NCBI GenBank assembly: GCA_963796055.1
Contig: CAWCKH010000004.1
Location: 2,016,001 to 2,080,000, forward strand
Direction of reading: 5' to 3'
Source: an uncultured delta proteobacterium
Lineage (GTDB): Bacteria > Myxococcota > Myxococcia > Myxococcales > Myxococcaceae
Length of the DNA stretch: 64,000 bases
Part shown: piece after piece, positions 1-9,691 of the stretch
Numbering within the stretch: position 1 is the first letter of the stretch
Layout of the letters: the number at the start of each line of letters is the position of its first letter
Translations under genes and position numbers: made by a program
Notes under the pieces: model-generated
What the model saw: the letters and a program-made list of their open reading frames with translations, nothing else
What the model was told of the DNA's origin: nothing
Database searches by the model: none

Positions 1-917
1 TTGAAGTGGAGGAAGGGGTGCTCCTCGAAGCACCCCCAGTAACGGCCGTAGAGCACCCGGTCGCTCGCGAGGTTGAACGCTCCGGCCACCACCCGGTCCC
101 CGGCGTGTGCCTGGACCAGCTCCACCCGGTGCCGGAACCGGTCCAGCACCCGGGTGAAGAAGCGCGGGCTCAGGTAGCGGCGTCCCCAGGCGAACTTGTC
201 GACGGTGCTGGCGTAGAGGCGGAAGGTCTCCTTCGGGTCGGCGTCGGCCAGCGCGTCGCCCCGGAGCACGCGGATCTCCAGCCCCTGCTCGGCGGGGGCG
301 CGGCGCTCGCGCTTCAGCTGGTTCCGCCGCTTGCTGGTGAAACGCCGGAGCACGTCCTCCGGAGTCCGGTAGCCCTCGTTCAGGAAGTGGTACTGCACGC
401 CCTGGCGGATGGCGAAGCCCAGGGGCTCCAGGGCCACGGCCTCCGCCTCGGTCGGGAAGAGCACGTGCACGCTGGAGAGCCGCTCCTCGCGTGCGAGCTC
501 CAGCGCGCCATGGGCGAGCTCCAGCATCCGGGCGCCGCGGTCCTCCCCCGAGGCCACGAGGAAGCGCCGGCCCGTGGCCGGGGTCAGCGGCGCGGCGAGG
601 ACCAGCTTCGGGTAGTAGGGCACCCCGGCCCGCTCGGAGGCGGTGGCCCAGGAGAAGTCGAAGACGAATTCGCCGCTGCTGTCGGTCTTGAGGTACGCCG
701 GTGCAGCCGCGACGAGCCGGTGCCCGCGCCACAGGGTGAGGTGGCGGGGTTCCCAGCCCGAGGCGGGGGTCACGCTCCCGCTCGTCTCCAGCGCCTCCAG
801 CCAGCGCCACTCGAGGAAGGGCGCGGCGTCCTCGTCGACCAGCGCGTTCCAGGGCGCCTCGGGGACTTCGGAGATGCTCCGGTGGACCTTCAGCTGGGTG
901 GGGAGGGACTGCGACAT
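1..917 (-). CDS. GNAT/FemAB-like (DUF482) peptidoglycan biosynthesis/recognition family protein, runs off window edge
   Basis: Not in ORF track; manual translation from ATG at 917: MSQSLPTQLKVHRSISEVPEAPWNALV..PFLEWRWLEALETSGSV..AAPAYLKTDSSGEFVFDFSWA..YYPKLVLAAPLTPATGRR..LYGRYWGCFEEHPFLHFN, typical DUF482 motifs. Confidence 0.85.
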   Translation of the reverse strand, partial: MSQSLPTQLKVHRSISEVPEAPWNALVDEDAAPFLEWRWLEALETSGSVTPASGWEPRHLTLWRGHRLVAAAPAYLKTDSSGEFVFDFSWATASERAGVPYYPKLVLAAPLTPATGRRFLVASGEDRGARMLELAHGALELAREERLSSVHVLFPTEAEAVALEPLGFAIRQGVQYHFLNEGYRTPEDVLRRFTSKRRNQLKRERRAPAEQGLEIRVLRGDALADADPKETFRLYASTVDKFAWGRRYLSPRFFTRVLDRFRHRVELVQAHAGDRVVAGAFNLASDRVLYGRYWGCFEEHPFLHF

Positions 918-994
918 CGGCTCGGGCTGCCCCGTCACGGTGGGGCGGAGATAACGATACCCTGAGTATCGCCGCCACGAACCCCCCTGGCCGG

Positions 995-1011
995 GAGGTG
1001 TCAAACACCTC
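995..1011. repeat. REP-like palindrome copy 1 (GAGGTGT-CAA-ACACCTC)
   Basis: Perfect 7-bp stem, 3-nt loop; on the minus strand preceded by CGTC-A; intergenic. Confidence 0.85.
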
Positions 1012-1046
1012 TGACGGCCCGGTGGGGAACGGTCGGCAGGTTGCCC

Positions 1047-1481
1047 TCAGCGGGTCAGCTCGCGGGCGAGGAGCTGGCCCGCGGCCACCAGGCCAGCCCG
1101 GGCCCGCGCCTTGCCGGCGTCGGTCTCCATGACCCTCCCCGCGGCGTCGCTGGCCGTCCCGGCCGCCAGGTCGGCGAGGAGGAGGAAGGCGCTCAGGTCG
1201 GGGGTCACCGGTGCGGCACGACCGGGCCGGAGCGGCCGGTCCCGGAGGCTCTTCGCCACCTTCTCCAGCAATCCCTCCTCGTCCAGCTTCTTCGTGCCGC
1301 CGAGCAGCGCCTGCCAGGTGGCGGCGAGCAGGTCATCGAGGAGCGGACCGGAGAGGGCGGTGTTCAGCCGGGCTGCGGCCTCGTCGTGCTCGAGGTGGTG
1401 CGCCTCGGCGAAGGTGGGGGCGAGCTTGGCGACCACGATGGCGCGGGTGGCGAGGTGGGCGAGGCGGGCCGGGTACCGCAT
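1047..1481 (-). CDS. hypothetical protein (144 aa, helical)
   Basis: Start overlaps stop of the upstream kinase; protein-like composition. Confidence 0.7.
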   Translation of the reverse strand: MRYPARLAHLATRAIVVAKLAPTFAEAHHLEHDEAAARLNTALSGPLLDDLLAATWQALLGGTKKLDEEGLLEKVAKSLRDRPLRPGRAAPVTPDLSAFLLLADLAAGTASDAAGRVMETDAGKARARAGLVAAGQLLARELTR

Positions 1482-3193
1482 CAGAAGAGCCAGACGCCCT
1501 GGCGCACGCAGGCCCGCAGCACCAGCTGCTTGAGCTGCGGGTCGCCGATGTTGCGGTACGCGGCGCGGGCGCCGCCGAGATCATGGCGATGGCAGGCGGC
1601 CCTCGCCTGGATGGCGTGCCCCAGCGGCGTCTTCTGCACGTAGAAGCTCTGGTCCACCAGCCGGGCGGCATCCAGCGGCTTGTTCTTGCCCAGCGCCTCC
1701 TCGGCCTGGTCGAGCAGCTTGCGTGCCTCGGGCTTGATGCCGTCCGATGCCTCGGCGGGGTGCCCGGGCGGCTCGGGCTCCACGGCCTTCGCCCGCTCGG
1801 CCGTGGCGACGGTGGGCTGTGGCTCGGTGGCCTTCGCCGCCTCCATCCGCGCGCGGTGTTTGCGGCCCGGCGGCGGCTTCTCGCGGACGGTGCCAGCGCC
1901 GTCGGGGTGCTTCCCCTGCTGCACCGGCTCTTTTGCCACGTTCGCCTCGATGGGCGCCGGAGGGTGCGCGGGCTCGGCCGGGGGCGCGGGAGGCGGCTCG
2001 AGACGCTTCACCGGCTCGAGTGGAGCGAGGCTCACCACGTCCAGCCCAGGAGCGGGCTGGCTCCGCTTCGAGGCCCACAGGACGCCCGCGCCGCCCAGGG
2101 CCACCCCCACCACCCCCATCGCCGCGAGGAAGGGCCAGATGCGCCGGGGCGCGGGCTCCAGCACCGCGGGGGGCACGGTGACCGCACCCGAGCGCACCGG
2201 CTCGCGAGACGAGGCGCGCGTCTTCGGCCACGAGGCGGTGGGCCCCGTCGGGCGGGGGGTGTGGGTGGGCTCGAGCGGCTGTCCGAGCGCGGAGTCCACG
2301 CCCATCGGCTGTCCGGTGTGGAAGCTGTGCAGCGGCCGTCCCGTCAGCTCGAGGATGAAGGCGCCGATGTCCTGCGGCCGCGCGGCGGGGTCCTTCTGCA
2401 GCGCGCGCTCGACCGCCGAGAGGACGTTGTCCGGGAGCGCCGGCGCGAGCTCCCGCAGCGGCGTGGGCTCGCCGTGCACCACCCGGTAGACCACCTCGGC
2501 CAGCGAGCCGCCGGCGAAGGCGGGCTGTCCGCCGAGCATCTCGTAGACGATCGCGCCGACCGCGAACACGTCGGTGCGGGCGTCCACCGTGGTGTTCCTT
2601 CCGGTGGCCTGCTCGGGGGACATGTACTGCGGCGTCCCCATGAGGATGGCGTCCTGGGTGCGGAGCGACTGGCTGCCGCGGATCTTCGAGATGCCGAAGT
2701 CCAGCACCTTCACCCGGGTGGGCACGTCCTCCTCGGGGGTGCAGAGAAAGACGTTGTCCGGCTTGAGGTCGCGGTGGACCACGCCAGCCCGGTGCGCGGC
2801 CTGCAGCGCCGAGCCGATCTGCCGGGTGATGGCCAGCGCCTCCTCGAGCTGGAGCCGTCCGCTGGCCAGCCGCGCGGCCAGCGTCTCGCCCTGGAGGAAC
2901 TCGAGGACGATGTAGGGCTGACCGGTGGGCAGGGTGTTGAAGTCGAGCACCTCGACGATGTTGGGATGGCCCAGCCGGGAGGCGATCTCCGCCTCGCGGC
3001 GGAAGCGCTGGAGCATCTCCTCGCCCCCGGCCGCTGCGTCGAGCAGCACCTTCACCGCCACGTGCTTGCCCGGGAGGCGAAGATGCTCCGCCGCCCACAC
3101 CGCGCCCATCCCGCCGCGTCCGATGAGGGCCTGGATGCGGTAGGTCTCGCCCAGCACGGCACCCACGTCGAGCACGTCGCGGCCAGCGTCCAT
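1481..3193 (-). CDS. membrane Ser/Thr protein kinase (Hanks type) with Pro/Ala-rich linker and C-terminal helical domain
   Basis: GRGGMGAV, VAVK, HRDLKPDN, DFG, GTPQYMSPE; TM IWPFLAAMGVVGVALGGAGVLWA; start taken at MDAGRD (3193), alternative 3232. Confidence 0.93.
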   Translation of the reverse strand: MDAGRDVLDVGAVLGETYRIQALIGRGGMGAVWAAEHLRLPGKHVAVKVLLDAAAGGEEMLQRFRREAEIASRLGHPNIVEVLDFNTLPTGQPYIVLEFLQGETLAARLASGRLQLEEALAITRQIGSALQAAHRAGVVHRDLKPDNVFLCTPEEDVPTRVKVLDFGISKIRGSQSLRTQDAILMGTPQYMSPEQATGRNTTVDARTDVFAVGAIVYEMLGGQPAFAGGSLAEVVYRVVHGEPTPLRELAPALPDNVLSAVERALQKDPAARPQDIGAFILELTGRPLHSFHTGQPMGVDSALGQPLEPTHTPRPTGPTASWPKTRASSREPVRSGAVTVPPAVLEPAPRRIWPFLAAMGVVGVALGGAGVLWASKRSQPAPGLDVVSLAPLEPVKRLEPPPAPPAEPAHPPAPIEANVAKEPVQQGKHPDGAGTVREKPPPGRKHRARMEAAKATEPQPTVATAERAKAVEPEPPGHPAEASDGIKPEARKLLDQAEEALGKNKPLDAARLVDQSFYVQKTPLGHAIQARAACHRHDLGGARAAYRNIGDPQLKQLVLRACVRQGVWLF

Positions 3194-3225
3194 CGGCAGC
3201 GCTGGACTATACTCGTCCGCAGACC

Positions 3226-3993
3226 GTGACACTCTCGCCAGCGGTTGCCCTCGCCCTGCTGCTCCGTCTGTCCCTCGCGGCCGAGCCGGCCGCAGACCCC
3301 CTGGACGTCACGGCGGTTCGCGACAAGCTGGTGGTGGTCGAGGACGGGCAAGGTCACTACATCGCCGTCGTTCCCTTCGGGGACAGCATCTGGGACCACC
3401 TCTACTGGTCCCAGGACGGGAAGGACTTCTACCAGCAGCGGGTCTTCGGGGGCGGGTCGAGCGGGACCGAGTCGTTCGACCGGAGCTTCTGGGAGCCGCG
3501 CGTGCGCACCCGGAACGGGGCGAGCTTCGGGATGCACGACGGCGCTTACAAGCTCTGGTGCGGAGAGCGGGCCACCGCTTTCAAGGCGCTGGAGCAGGGC
3601 AAGGCGACGGCGATGCTCACCGCGGCGAAGTTCCATCCGCCGCGCTGGAAGTACCGCGCCTACGCGCTGGCCCGCGACGATGCGGGGACCTACTACTACG
3701 TCGATCGCCGCCGCGACGAGGGCAGCATGGAGTTCCGTCTCTACTCGGGGCCGCGCGGCTCGATGAAGCCCCTGAAGATGGTGAACGTGGTGAACGACTC
3801 CGAGGGCGACATCTTCTCTACCAAGAGCGGCGAGCTGCGGCTGGTGCTGGACAAGAAGGAGAGCGCCTGGGTGCAGAGGGGCAAGCGCCAGCAGCTGAAG
3901 AGCTTGCCGGTGGAGGACAACGTGCCACTCATCTACGCCGACCTGGGTGTGTACACCGGCCAGCCGCTCGGGACGCCCTGCGACCTGCTCTAA
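3226..3993 (+). CDS. secreted hypothetical protein
   Basis: Signal-peptide-like N-terminus (AVALALLLRLSLAA), strong GC3 codon bias, ends GTPCDLL. Confidence 0.8.
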   Translation: MTLSPAVALALLLRLSLAAEPAADPLDVTAVRDKLVVVEDGQGHYIAVVPFGDSIWDHLYWSQDGKDFYQQRVFGGGSSGTESFDRSFWEPRVRTRNGASFGMHDGAYKLWCGERATAFKALEQGKATAMLTAAKFHPPRWKYRAYALARDDAGTYYYVDRRRDEGSMEFRLYSGPRGSMKPLKMVNVVNDSEGDIFSTKSGELRLVLDKKESAWVQRGKRQQLKSLPVEDNVPLIYADLGVYTGQPLGTPCDLL

Positions 3994-4007
3994 TAGGCTC
4001 CGACCGG

Positions 4008-4688
4008 CTACTTCAGCTGCAGCTCGAAGGTGGGCGAGGCCACGGTGCGTCCGTCGGGCAGCACCGCGTCCACGTTCCACAGGAGCCCGCCCCCGGGCGA
4101 CCGCTGGGCGACGTTCCCGGGCAGCTTGAGCTCGCGTCCCGACACGCCGACCGCCTGGTGCACCACGACGAGGTCCGGGGTGAGCACCGTGACGTTGTAG
4201 CTACTGGCCCCGGGCACCTCGGACCAGCGCAGCACGGCCTCGGCTGCCGGCTGCACGGACGGCGATTCGGCGTGCAGCGTGGGCCCGCCGACGGTTCCCC
4301 GTTCCACCGGGGGAGCTCGCGGAGGGGCAGGGCGGAAGGCGAGCCACAGACCGACCACGGCCACGGCCGAGAGCGCCATGGGCAGAAAGGACCGCCCACG
4401 CAGGCGAGGCCGGGCGCGCATTCCCCCCACGAGCGGACGGAAGGCCGGCGGGTCATCGCTCAGCGGACGCGGCTCCGAGGCCGCGCGCCGGACGTCGGCG
4501 AGGATGCGCCATGCCTCGGCGCACTGGGCGCAGCGCGCCCCGTGGTCGACCAGCGCGCGGACCCGCTCGAAGGAAAGCTCTCCGGTGGCCGCGGCCCAGT
4601 ACGCGTCGGCCGGGGGACAGTCGGCGGCATCGGTCTGCTGGACCGCGGCGCGGAGGCGGTGCTCGAGATCGTCCGCCGGCTCGGTCAT
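4008..4688 (-). CDS. putative membrane anti-sigma factor (zf-HC2-like) with extracytoplasmic Ig/FN3-like domain
   Basis: HxxxCxxC (DHGARCAQC), TM LPMALSAVAVVGLWLAF, C-terminal LRWSEVPGASSYNVTV beta domain; ATG overlaps sigma stop. Confidence 0.75.
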   Translation of the reverse strand: MTEPADDLEHRLRAAVQQTDAADCPPADAYWAAATGELSFERVRALVDHGARCAQCAEAWRILADVRRAASEPRPLSDDPPAFRPLVGGMRARPRLRGRSFLPMALSAVAVVGLWLAFRPAPPRAPPVERGTVGGPTLHAESPSVQPAAEAVLRWSEVPGASSYNVTVLTPDLVVVHQAVGVSGRELKLPGNVAQRSPGGGLLWNVDAVLPDGRTVASPTFELQLK

Positions 4689-5188
4689 GTCTCTCCCCCC
4701 TCGAGGCAGGCGCGCAGATCCGCCAGGCCACGGTACACCAGATTTTCCGCCTGCTTCTCGGTCCAACCGAGCGCGGCCGCCACCTCGCCGGTGCGAAATC
4801 CCTGCAGGTGCAAGGTGACGGCGGTGCGCCGCCGGTCCTGAAGCCCGCCGAGGCAGTCGAGGATCTCCGAGCGCGCCTCCGGCCCGGGCGAGCCCCCCTC
4901 GCCCACTGCCAGCGCTTCTGACTGGCGCTGCTGACGCCGGAACCGGCGAATCTCGTCGATGACCACCGTGTAGGCGACTCTCCAGAGGTAAGACGCTCCC
5001 CGTGGGCTGCTTCCCTCACTCGCCGGTCGTTCCAGGAGGCGAACCAGCGCCATCTGAACGAAATCTTCGCGGTGGGCTGCCAACGGCGGGGGGCAGTGCC
5101 GCTCGACTGCACGGATCAAGATCTGGCGGATCCGCTCGATGCTCTGCGGGTCTGGATCCTTCGAGCCGTCGTCCCGCGGGGGAGTCAT
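4685..5188 (-). CDS. ECF RNA polymerase sigma-70 factor
   Basis: Region 2 (EDFVQMALVRL..YLWRVAYTVVIDEIRR) and region 4 HTH (GFRTGEVAAALGWTEKQAENLVYRGLADLR). Confidence 0.9.
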   Translation of the reverse strand: MTPPRDDGSKDPDPQSIERIRQILIRAVERHCPPPLAAHREDFVQMALVRLLERPASEGSSPRGASYLWRVAYTVVIDEIRRFRRQQRQSEALAVGEGGSPGPEARSEILDCLGGLQDRRRTAVTLHLQGFRTGEVAAALGWTEKQAENLVYRGLADLRACLEGGET

Positions 5189-5243
5189 GCCGTGTTTCCG
5201 AGGTAAGCACAGGGTTCCGCTTCGGGTAACCTCTCGCCGCGCG

Positions 5244-7919
5244 ATGCATGGGCGGTTTTTGCCAGCGATCGTCCGGGTTTTCGGACGGTGGGAAGTCCTC
5301 GTCGTCCTGGGTCTGGGCGCCGGCGGGGATGCCCGGGCCGGTGCCCGTCCGCTGGCGGAGTGCCGGGCGCTGGTGCGTCAAGAGCCGCATTCGCTGAAGG
5401 GCTACATCTGCTTCCTCGCGCACCAGGGGGAGGGCCGCGAGGAGGCGCTCCGGTTCCTGGACGCGCGGATGCGGATCGACCCGCGGAACCCGCGGCCTCA
5501 CCTGTACGCGGGGATTCTCCGGTCCGTGGCCGGGGAGGGGGTGGATGACCGCGAATGGCGGGTGGCCATCGAGGGCTTCGCCCGGGAGCACGAACCGGCC
5601 GGTGAGATCTACGCCACCACCTCGCTCATCTCGGTCCGATGCATCTCGGCTCTCCGCTGCGACCCGGAGATGCTGGGCCTGCTCGGGCGCGTCCAGGAGC
5701 TGGCGCGTGCCTCGGGTCGGGTGGATCTGATGCAGGTCATGGAGATCTGGACGATGAAGGTCTCCTTCGCGCTCGACGACATGGACGGTGCGGAGGGGGC
5801 CGAGCGGCGGCTCCTGGCGCTCGGTCCTCCGCGTTCGCTGTGGCTCAAGTCCGAGACCCTTCAGGCTCGGGCCCACCTCGCGGCCAGGTTGAACGACCAC
5901 GCGCTCCAGCGGCGGCTCTACGTCGAGCTGCTCGAGACGCTCGACGCGGACGATCCGCGCCGTCCGACGGCGGTGGGGGGCCTGGCCGCGGCCACGGTCC
6001 ACCTGGCCATGGACGGCCTCGAGAGCCGCGACGCCGCGGAGCGGCTGCTGCGGGAGGCGATGGCCGAGCAGGAGCGCGCGGGCATTCCCCTGATGTACAC
6101 GGAGACCGGGTACCTGTCGTCGCGGGTGCAGCTGGCGATGTTGCTCGGGCCCACTGCGGAATCCTTCTCGCTGCTCCGCTCCACCCTGGCGGCGCAGCTC
6201 GCGCGGGTCTCGTGGAGCACGCCCCTGTACCCGGCGCTGTCGCTGGCCGAGCTCCTCGCCACCGCCGACCCTCCGCAGCTCCAGGAGGCGATGCGGGTGG
6301 CCGACGAGGCTGTCGAGCACGCCTTTGCCCACAGTGGCGACTTCGAGCAGGCGCGGGCGCTGGTCCTCCGCTCCCGGATGCGGTTCCGGCGGGGCGAATT
6401 CTCACTCGGCCGCGCCGACGGCCTCGCGGCGCTGGACCATGCCGAGCGTCTACGTGAGCAGCAGCGGGCGATGCCGATCCGGCTCCGCTACGCCCAGTCG
6501 CTCTCCTTCGCCTACCAGTCGCTCGCCGGTGCGCTGGCCCGCTACCGGCCGGCGGGCGACGGCGTGTCCCTGGACGACGCCTTCCAGGTCATGGAGCGGC
6601 TGAGGGCGCGGGGGCTGATGGAGACGCTCCTCGCCGAGGATCACCCTGGCACGCCCGTCCCGTTGCAGCCCCCGACCCTGGCCCAGGTCCGCGGCGAGCT
6701 GGCCCCCGGGGAGGCCCTCCTCTCCTTCCAGGTCTGGCGCCCAGAGCCAGCCATGGACGCGCCTTACCGGGAGGGCAGCTCCTGGGTCACGGTGGTCACC
6801 GCGGGCCGGGTGGAGGCATTCCCCATCCCCGGCGCGGACGTGCTCGAGCCGCAGATCCGCGCCTGGACCGGGCTGCTGGAGCGGCGGGATGGCAGGGACC
6901 ACGTGGCGGGCGGCAGGCTCTACCGGGAGCTCCTCGCACCGGCGCTCGCGGCGCTGCCGCAGCGAATCGAGCGGCTGGTGGTGGTGCCGGATGGTCCGCT
7001 CCACCGCCTGCCGTTCGACGCGCTCTCCGGCGGTCCGGGCATGCCGTACCTGGCCGAGCGGTTCGCCGTGTCCGTCGCGCCCTCGGCCTCGCTCTGGATC
7101 CGCTTCCGGGCGGGTCCGCGGCTCCCGCCAGGAAAGCTCCTGGTGCTCGCCGATCCCTCGGAGGGCGCGGCGTCCCAGGCCATCCTCCGCGACTCGACGA
7201 GCGTGTTCGGCGCGCTGGTCCATGCCCGTCGCGAGGCGGAGGTGGCGCTGTCCGCCTTCCCCACCGGCAGCGAGCTGCGGATCGGCCCACCGGCGTCCGA
7301 GGCGTTCCTCAAGTCGGCCAGCCTCGAGGGGGTCTCGGTGCTCCACTTCGCCACCCACGCCGTCGCCGACGAGCGGGACCCCGAGCACGCCGCGGTGGTG
7401 CTCGCCCCGGGGAGCCCGGCGGAGGACGGCCGGCTCGAACCTCAGGAGATCGGCCGGCTCCGCCTCGGGGGAAAGACGGTGGTGCTGGCCGGATGCGAGA
7501 CCTCGTCCGGGCCGGTGTTCCGCGGCGAGGGGGTGATGAGTCTCGCGCGGGCCTTCTTCGGCGCCGGAGCCTCGGCGGTGGTGGGCACCCTGGACCGGGC
7601 GCGGGACGACGAGGCCAGCGTCTTCTTCTCCGCGCTCTACCGGGCGCTGGGCCGCGGGGCCAGCATCGGGGACGCGGTGGTGGCGGCGAAGCGCGAGGGC
7701 ATCCGTCGTGGCGCACCGCCCGCGGCCTGGTCCAACGTGGTGCTGCTCGGGGACGCCGAGGCTCGGCCGCGGGCGCGCGAGACACCGGGCTTGCTGCCGC
7801 TCCTCCTCACCGGCGTCGTCCTGGCGTTCGCCGGGCTGAAGGCGGGCCGGTGGCGGCGGCGCACCGCTCGGGCGGTGGAATCGCCGCCGGACCCCGACGG
7901 ACCGCGGACCGGCCGGTGA
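5244..7919 (+). CDS. CHAT (caspase-like) domain protease with TPR-like N-terminal region and C-terminal TM anchor
   Basis: LVVVPDGPLHRLPFDAL, LHFATHA (His), VVLAGCET (Cys), GEGVMSLARAFFGAGA; C-terminal hydrophobic helix then RWRRR; start uncertain (5139-5288). Confidence 0.9.
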   Translation: MHGRFLPAIVRVFGRWEVLVVLGLGAGGDARAGARPLAECRALVRQEPHSLKGYICFLAHQGEGREEALRFLDARMRIDPRNPRPHLYAGILRSVAGEGVDDREWRVAIEGFAREHEPAGEIYATTSLISVRCISALRCDPEMLGLLGRVQELARASGRVDLMQVMEIWTMKVSFALDDMDGAEGAERRLLALGPPRSLWLKSETLQARAHLAARLNDHALQRRLYVELLETLDADDPRRPTAVGGLAAATVHLAMDGLESRDAAERLLREAMAEQERAGIPLMYTETGYLSSRVQLAMLLGPTAESFSLLRSTLAAQLARVSWSTPLYPALSLAELLATADPPQLQEAMRVADEAVEHAFAHSGDFEQARALVLRSRMRFRRGEFSLGRADGLAALDHAERLREQQRAMPIRLRYAQSLSFAYQSLAGALARYRPAGDGVSLDDAFQVMERLRARGLMETLLAEDHPGTPVPLQPPTLAQVRGELAPGEALLSFQVWRPEPAMDAPYREGSSWVTVVTAGRVEAFPIPGADVLEPQIRAWTGLLERRDGRDHVAGGRLYRELLAPALAALPQRIERLVVVPDGPLHRLPFDALSGGPGMPYLAERFAVSVAPSASLWIRFRAGPRLPPGKLLVLADPSEGAASQAILRDSTSVFGALVHARREAEVALSAFPTGSELRIGPPASEAFLKSASLEGVSVLHFATHAVADERDPEHAAVVLAPGSPAEDGRLEPQEIGRLRLGGKTVVLAGCETSSGPVFRGEGVMSLARAFFGAGASAVVGTLDRARDDEASVFFSALYRALGRGASIGDAVVAAKREGIRRGAPPAAWSNVVLLGDAEARPRARETPGLLPLLLTGVVLAFAGLKAGRWRRRTARAVESPPDPDGPRTGR

Positions 7920-8252
7920 ACCCTGGTGCGATTCCCGGCGATGGTTCGCCTCCTGGACGGCTCCCCACCGGCGTGGTGGTCGTCCGCGCCGGTTCCGGGG
8001 ATGAGCCGCTGGTGGCGGGGTGGTCGACGCCGCCCGTAGGGGACGTCTCGCCCGGGACTGGACGCGCCGCCGGCGACGGCGCCATCCCCCGGTGAGGGAA
8101 AACAGGCCAGTCGAGCGTTCATGGAGCGACGCGGGGACGTGGCGTCGCTTCCGCTGGCCAGGAGAGCCCTTCCGGGGGGGAGGAAGCGACGTCACGTGCC
8201 CCGGGGGCCACCGTGGGTTGAAGTCGCCGGCCGGCCGCCTTAAAGCTCTGGT

Positions 8253-8810
8253 ATGTCCGTGAACATCCAGCTCGAGTGGACCCCCAACCCGAGCACCCTC
8301 AAGTATGTGGTGGACCGTACCCTGGTCCCCCGCGGCGCCCTGAACTTCACCAGTCCCGAGGCCGCATCGGCCCGGTCCCCGCTGGCCTCCAAGCTCATGG
8401 GCATCGAGGGCGTGAGCGGGGTGATGCTGGGCAGCAACTTCGTCACCGTCACCAAGGGTGAGTCGGGCGAGTGGGATGCGCTCAACGATGCGGTGATGGC
8501 GACGCTGGACGCCCACCTCGGCGCGAACGAGCCCGTCGTTGCTCCCGGCGCGATCGAGGAGCTGGGCTCGACGGCGACCGGCACCGAGGTGGAGGAGCGG
8601 ATCCGGCAGATCCTCGACCTCGAGATCCGCCCTGCGGTCATGCAGGACGGCGGGGACATCACCCTGGACCGGTTCGAGAACGGGGTCGTCTACCTGCACA
8701 TGCGGGGCTCGTGCTCCGGCTGCCCGTCGTCCACCATGACCCTGAAGATGGGCATCGAGAACCGCCTCCGCGAGGTGGTGCCCGAGGTGGTCGAGGTCGT
8801 CCCGGTCTAG
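8253..8810 (+). CDS. NifU/Nfu family Fe-S cluster carrier (Nfu_N + NifU_C)
   Basis: TPNPSTLKY N-terminal motif; IRPAVMQDGGDI..GSCSGCPSSTMTLKMGIE. Confidence 0.93.
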   Translation: MSVNIQLEWTPNPSTLKYVVDRTLVPRGALNFTSPEAASARSPLASKLMGIEGVSGVMLGSNFVTVTKGESGEWDALNDAVMATLDAHLGANEPVVAPGAIEELGSTATGTEVEERIRQILDLEIRPAVMQDGGDITLDRFENGVVYLHMRGSCSGCPSSTMTLKMGIENRLREVVPEVVEVVPV

Positions 8811-8863
8811 CGGGCCCCGGCGCGGCCCAGGGCGGGCCTCGGGTCCGGGCCCACACGAACGTC

Positions 8864-9691
8864 TTGAGACGCCAGGTCAAAGCGGCCGAGGTCCGGCGCG
8901 AGCTCCTTCCCGACCAGTCGCCCCAGCTGCTGCGCGAGCTGCACCTCCTCACCCGCGACGGGGACCTGAACGCCGACGCGCTCCGGAAGCTGAAGCAGGT
9001 GAACCACCTGGTGGGCCTGCTCCGTCCGGCGCTGGATGACGTGTTCGCCCGGTTCGGGCGGCCGCTGGTCGTCGACGCGGGGAGCGGCAACGCCTACCTC
9101 GGATTCGTCCTCTACGAGCTGTTCTTCAAGGGGCAGGACAAGGGAGAGCTCCTGTCAATCGAGGCCCGGCCCGAGCTGACGGTCCGCGGCGAGGACCGCG
9201 TCCGGCGGCTCGGCTTCTCGCGGATGCGCTTCCTGACCGCGCCGCTCGCCTCGGCGCCGTGGCCGGAGCGCTTCCATCTGTTGACCGCGCTGCACGCCTG
9301 TGACACCGCGACCGACGACGCGCTCGCGGCGGCCATCCGGCACGGGGTCGATCACGTGGCGGTGGTCCCCTGTTGCCAGGCCGAGGTGGCCCGCCAGCTG
9401 CGGGAGCGACCGCCGCCCTCCGTGGCGGTGGCCGCGCTGGCCGAGCATCCGTGGCACCGGCGCGAGTTCGGCTCTCACCTGACCAACGTCATCCGCGCGC
9501 TGGTGCTCGAGGCGCACGGCTACTCGGTGACGGTGACCGAGCTCACCGGGTGGGAGCACTCGATGAAGAACGAGCTCATCCTGGGACGGAAGGTGCGAGG
9601 GGAGTGGCGCGAGGCGCAGCGGCGGCTCGACGCGCTGCTCGCGGACACCGGCGTTCGTCCGGCGCTGGTGCGCACGCTGGAGAGCGCGTGA
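8864..9691 (+). CDS. class I SAM-dependent methyltransferase (Methyltransf_32-like)
   Basis: VVDAGSGNAYL, ALHACDTATDDAL, VPCCQ motifs; TTG start estimated. Confidence 0.85.
   Translation: MRRQVKAAEVRRELLPDQSPQLLRELHLLTRDGDLNADALRKLKQVNHLVGLLRPALDDVFARFGRPLVVDAGSGNAYLGFVLYELFFKGQDKGELLSIEARPELTVRGEDRVRRLGFSRMRFLTAPLASAPWPERFHLLTALHACDTATDDALAAAIRHGVDHVAVVPCCQAEVARQLRERPPPSVAVAALAEHPWHRREFGSHLTNVIRALVLEAHGYSVTVTELTGWEHSMKNELILGRKVRGEWREAQRRLDALLADTGVRPALVRTLESA

Noticed and set aside
6..965. 319-aa plus-strand ORF and the many other long overlapping ORFs (e.g. 11976-14786, 48008-50593, 57234-59333)
   Set aside because: Antisense or off-frame shadows of real genes in high-GC DNA; Arg/Pro/Gly-rich, no motifs
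7916..8250. Small ORFs after the CHAT gene (7916-8095 +, 7637-8122 -)
   Set aside because: Low-complexity translations, no recognisable motif or codon bias
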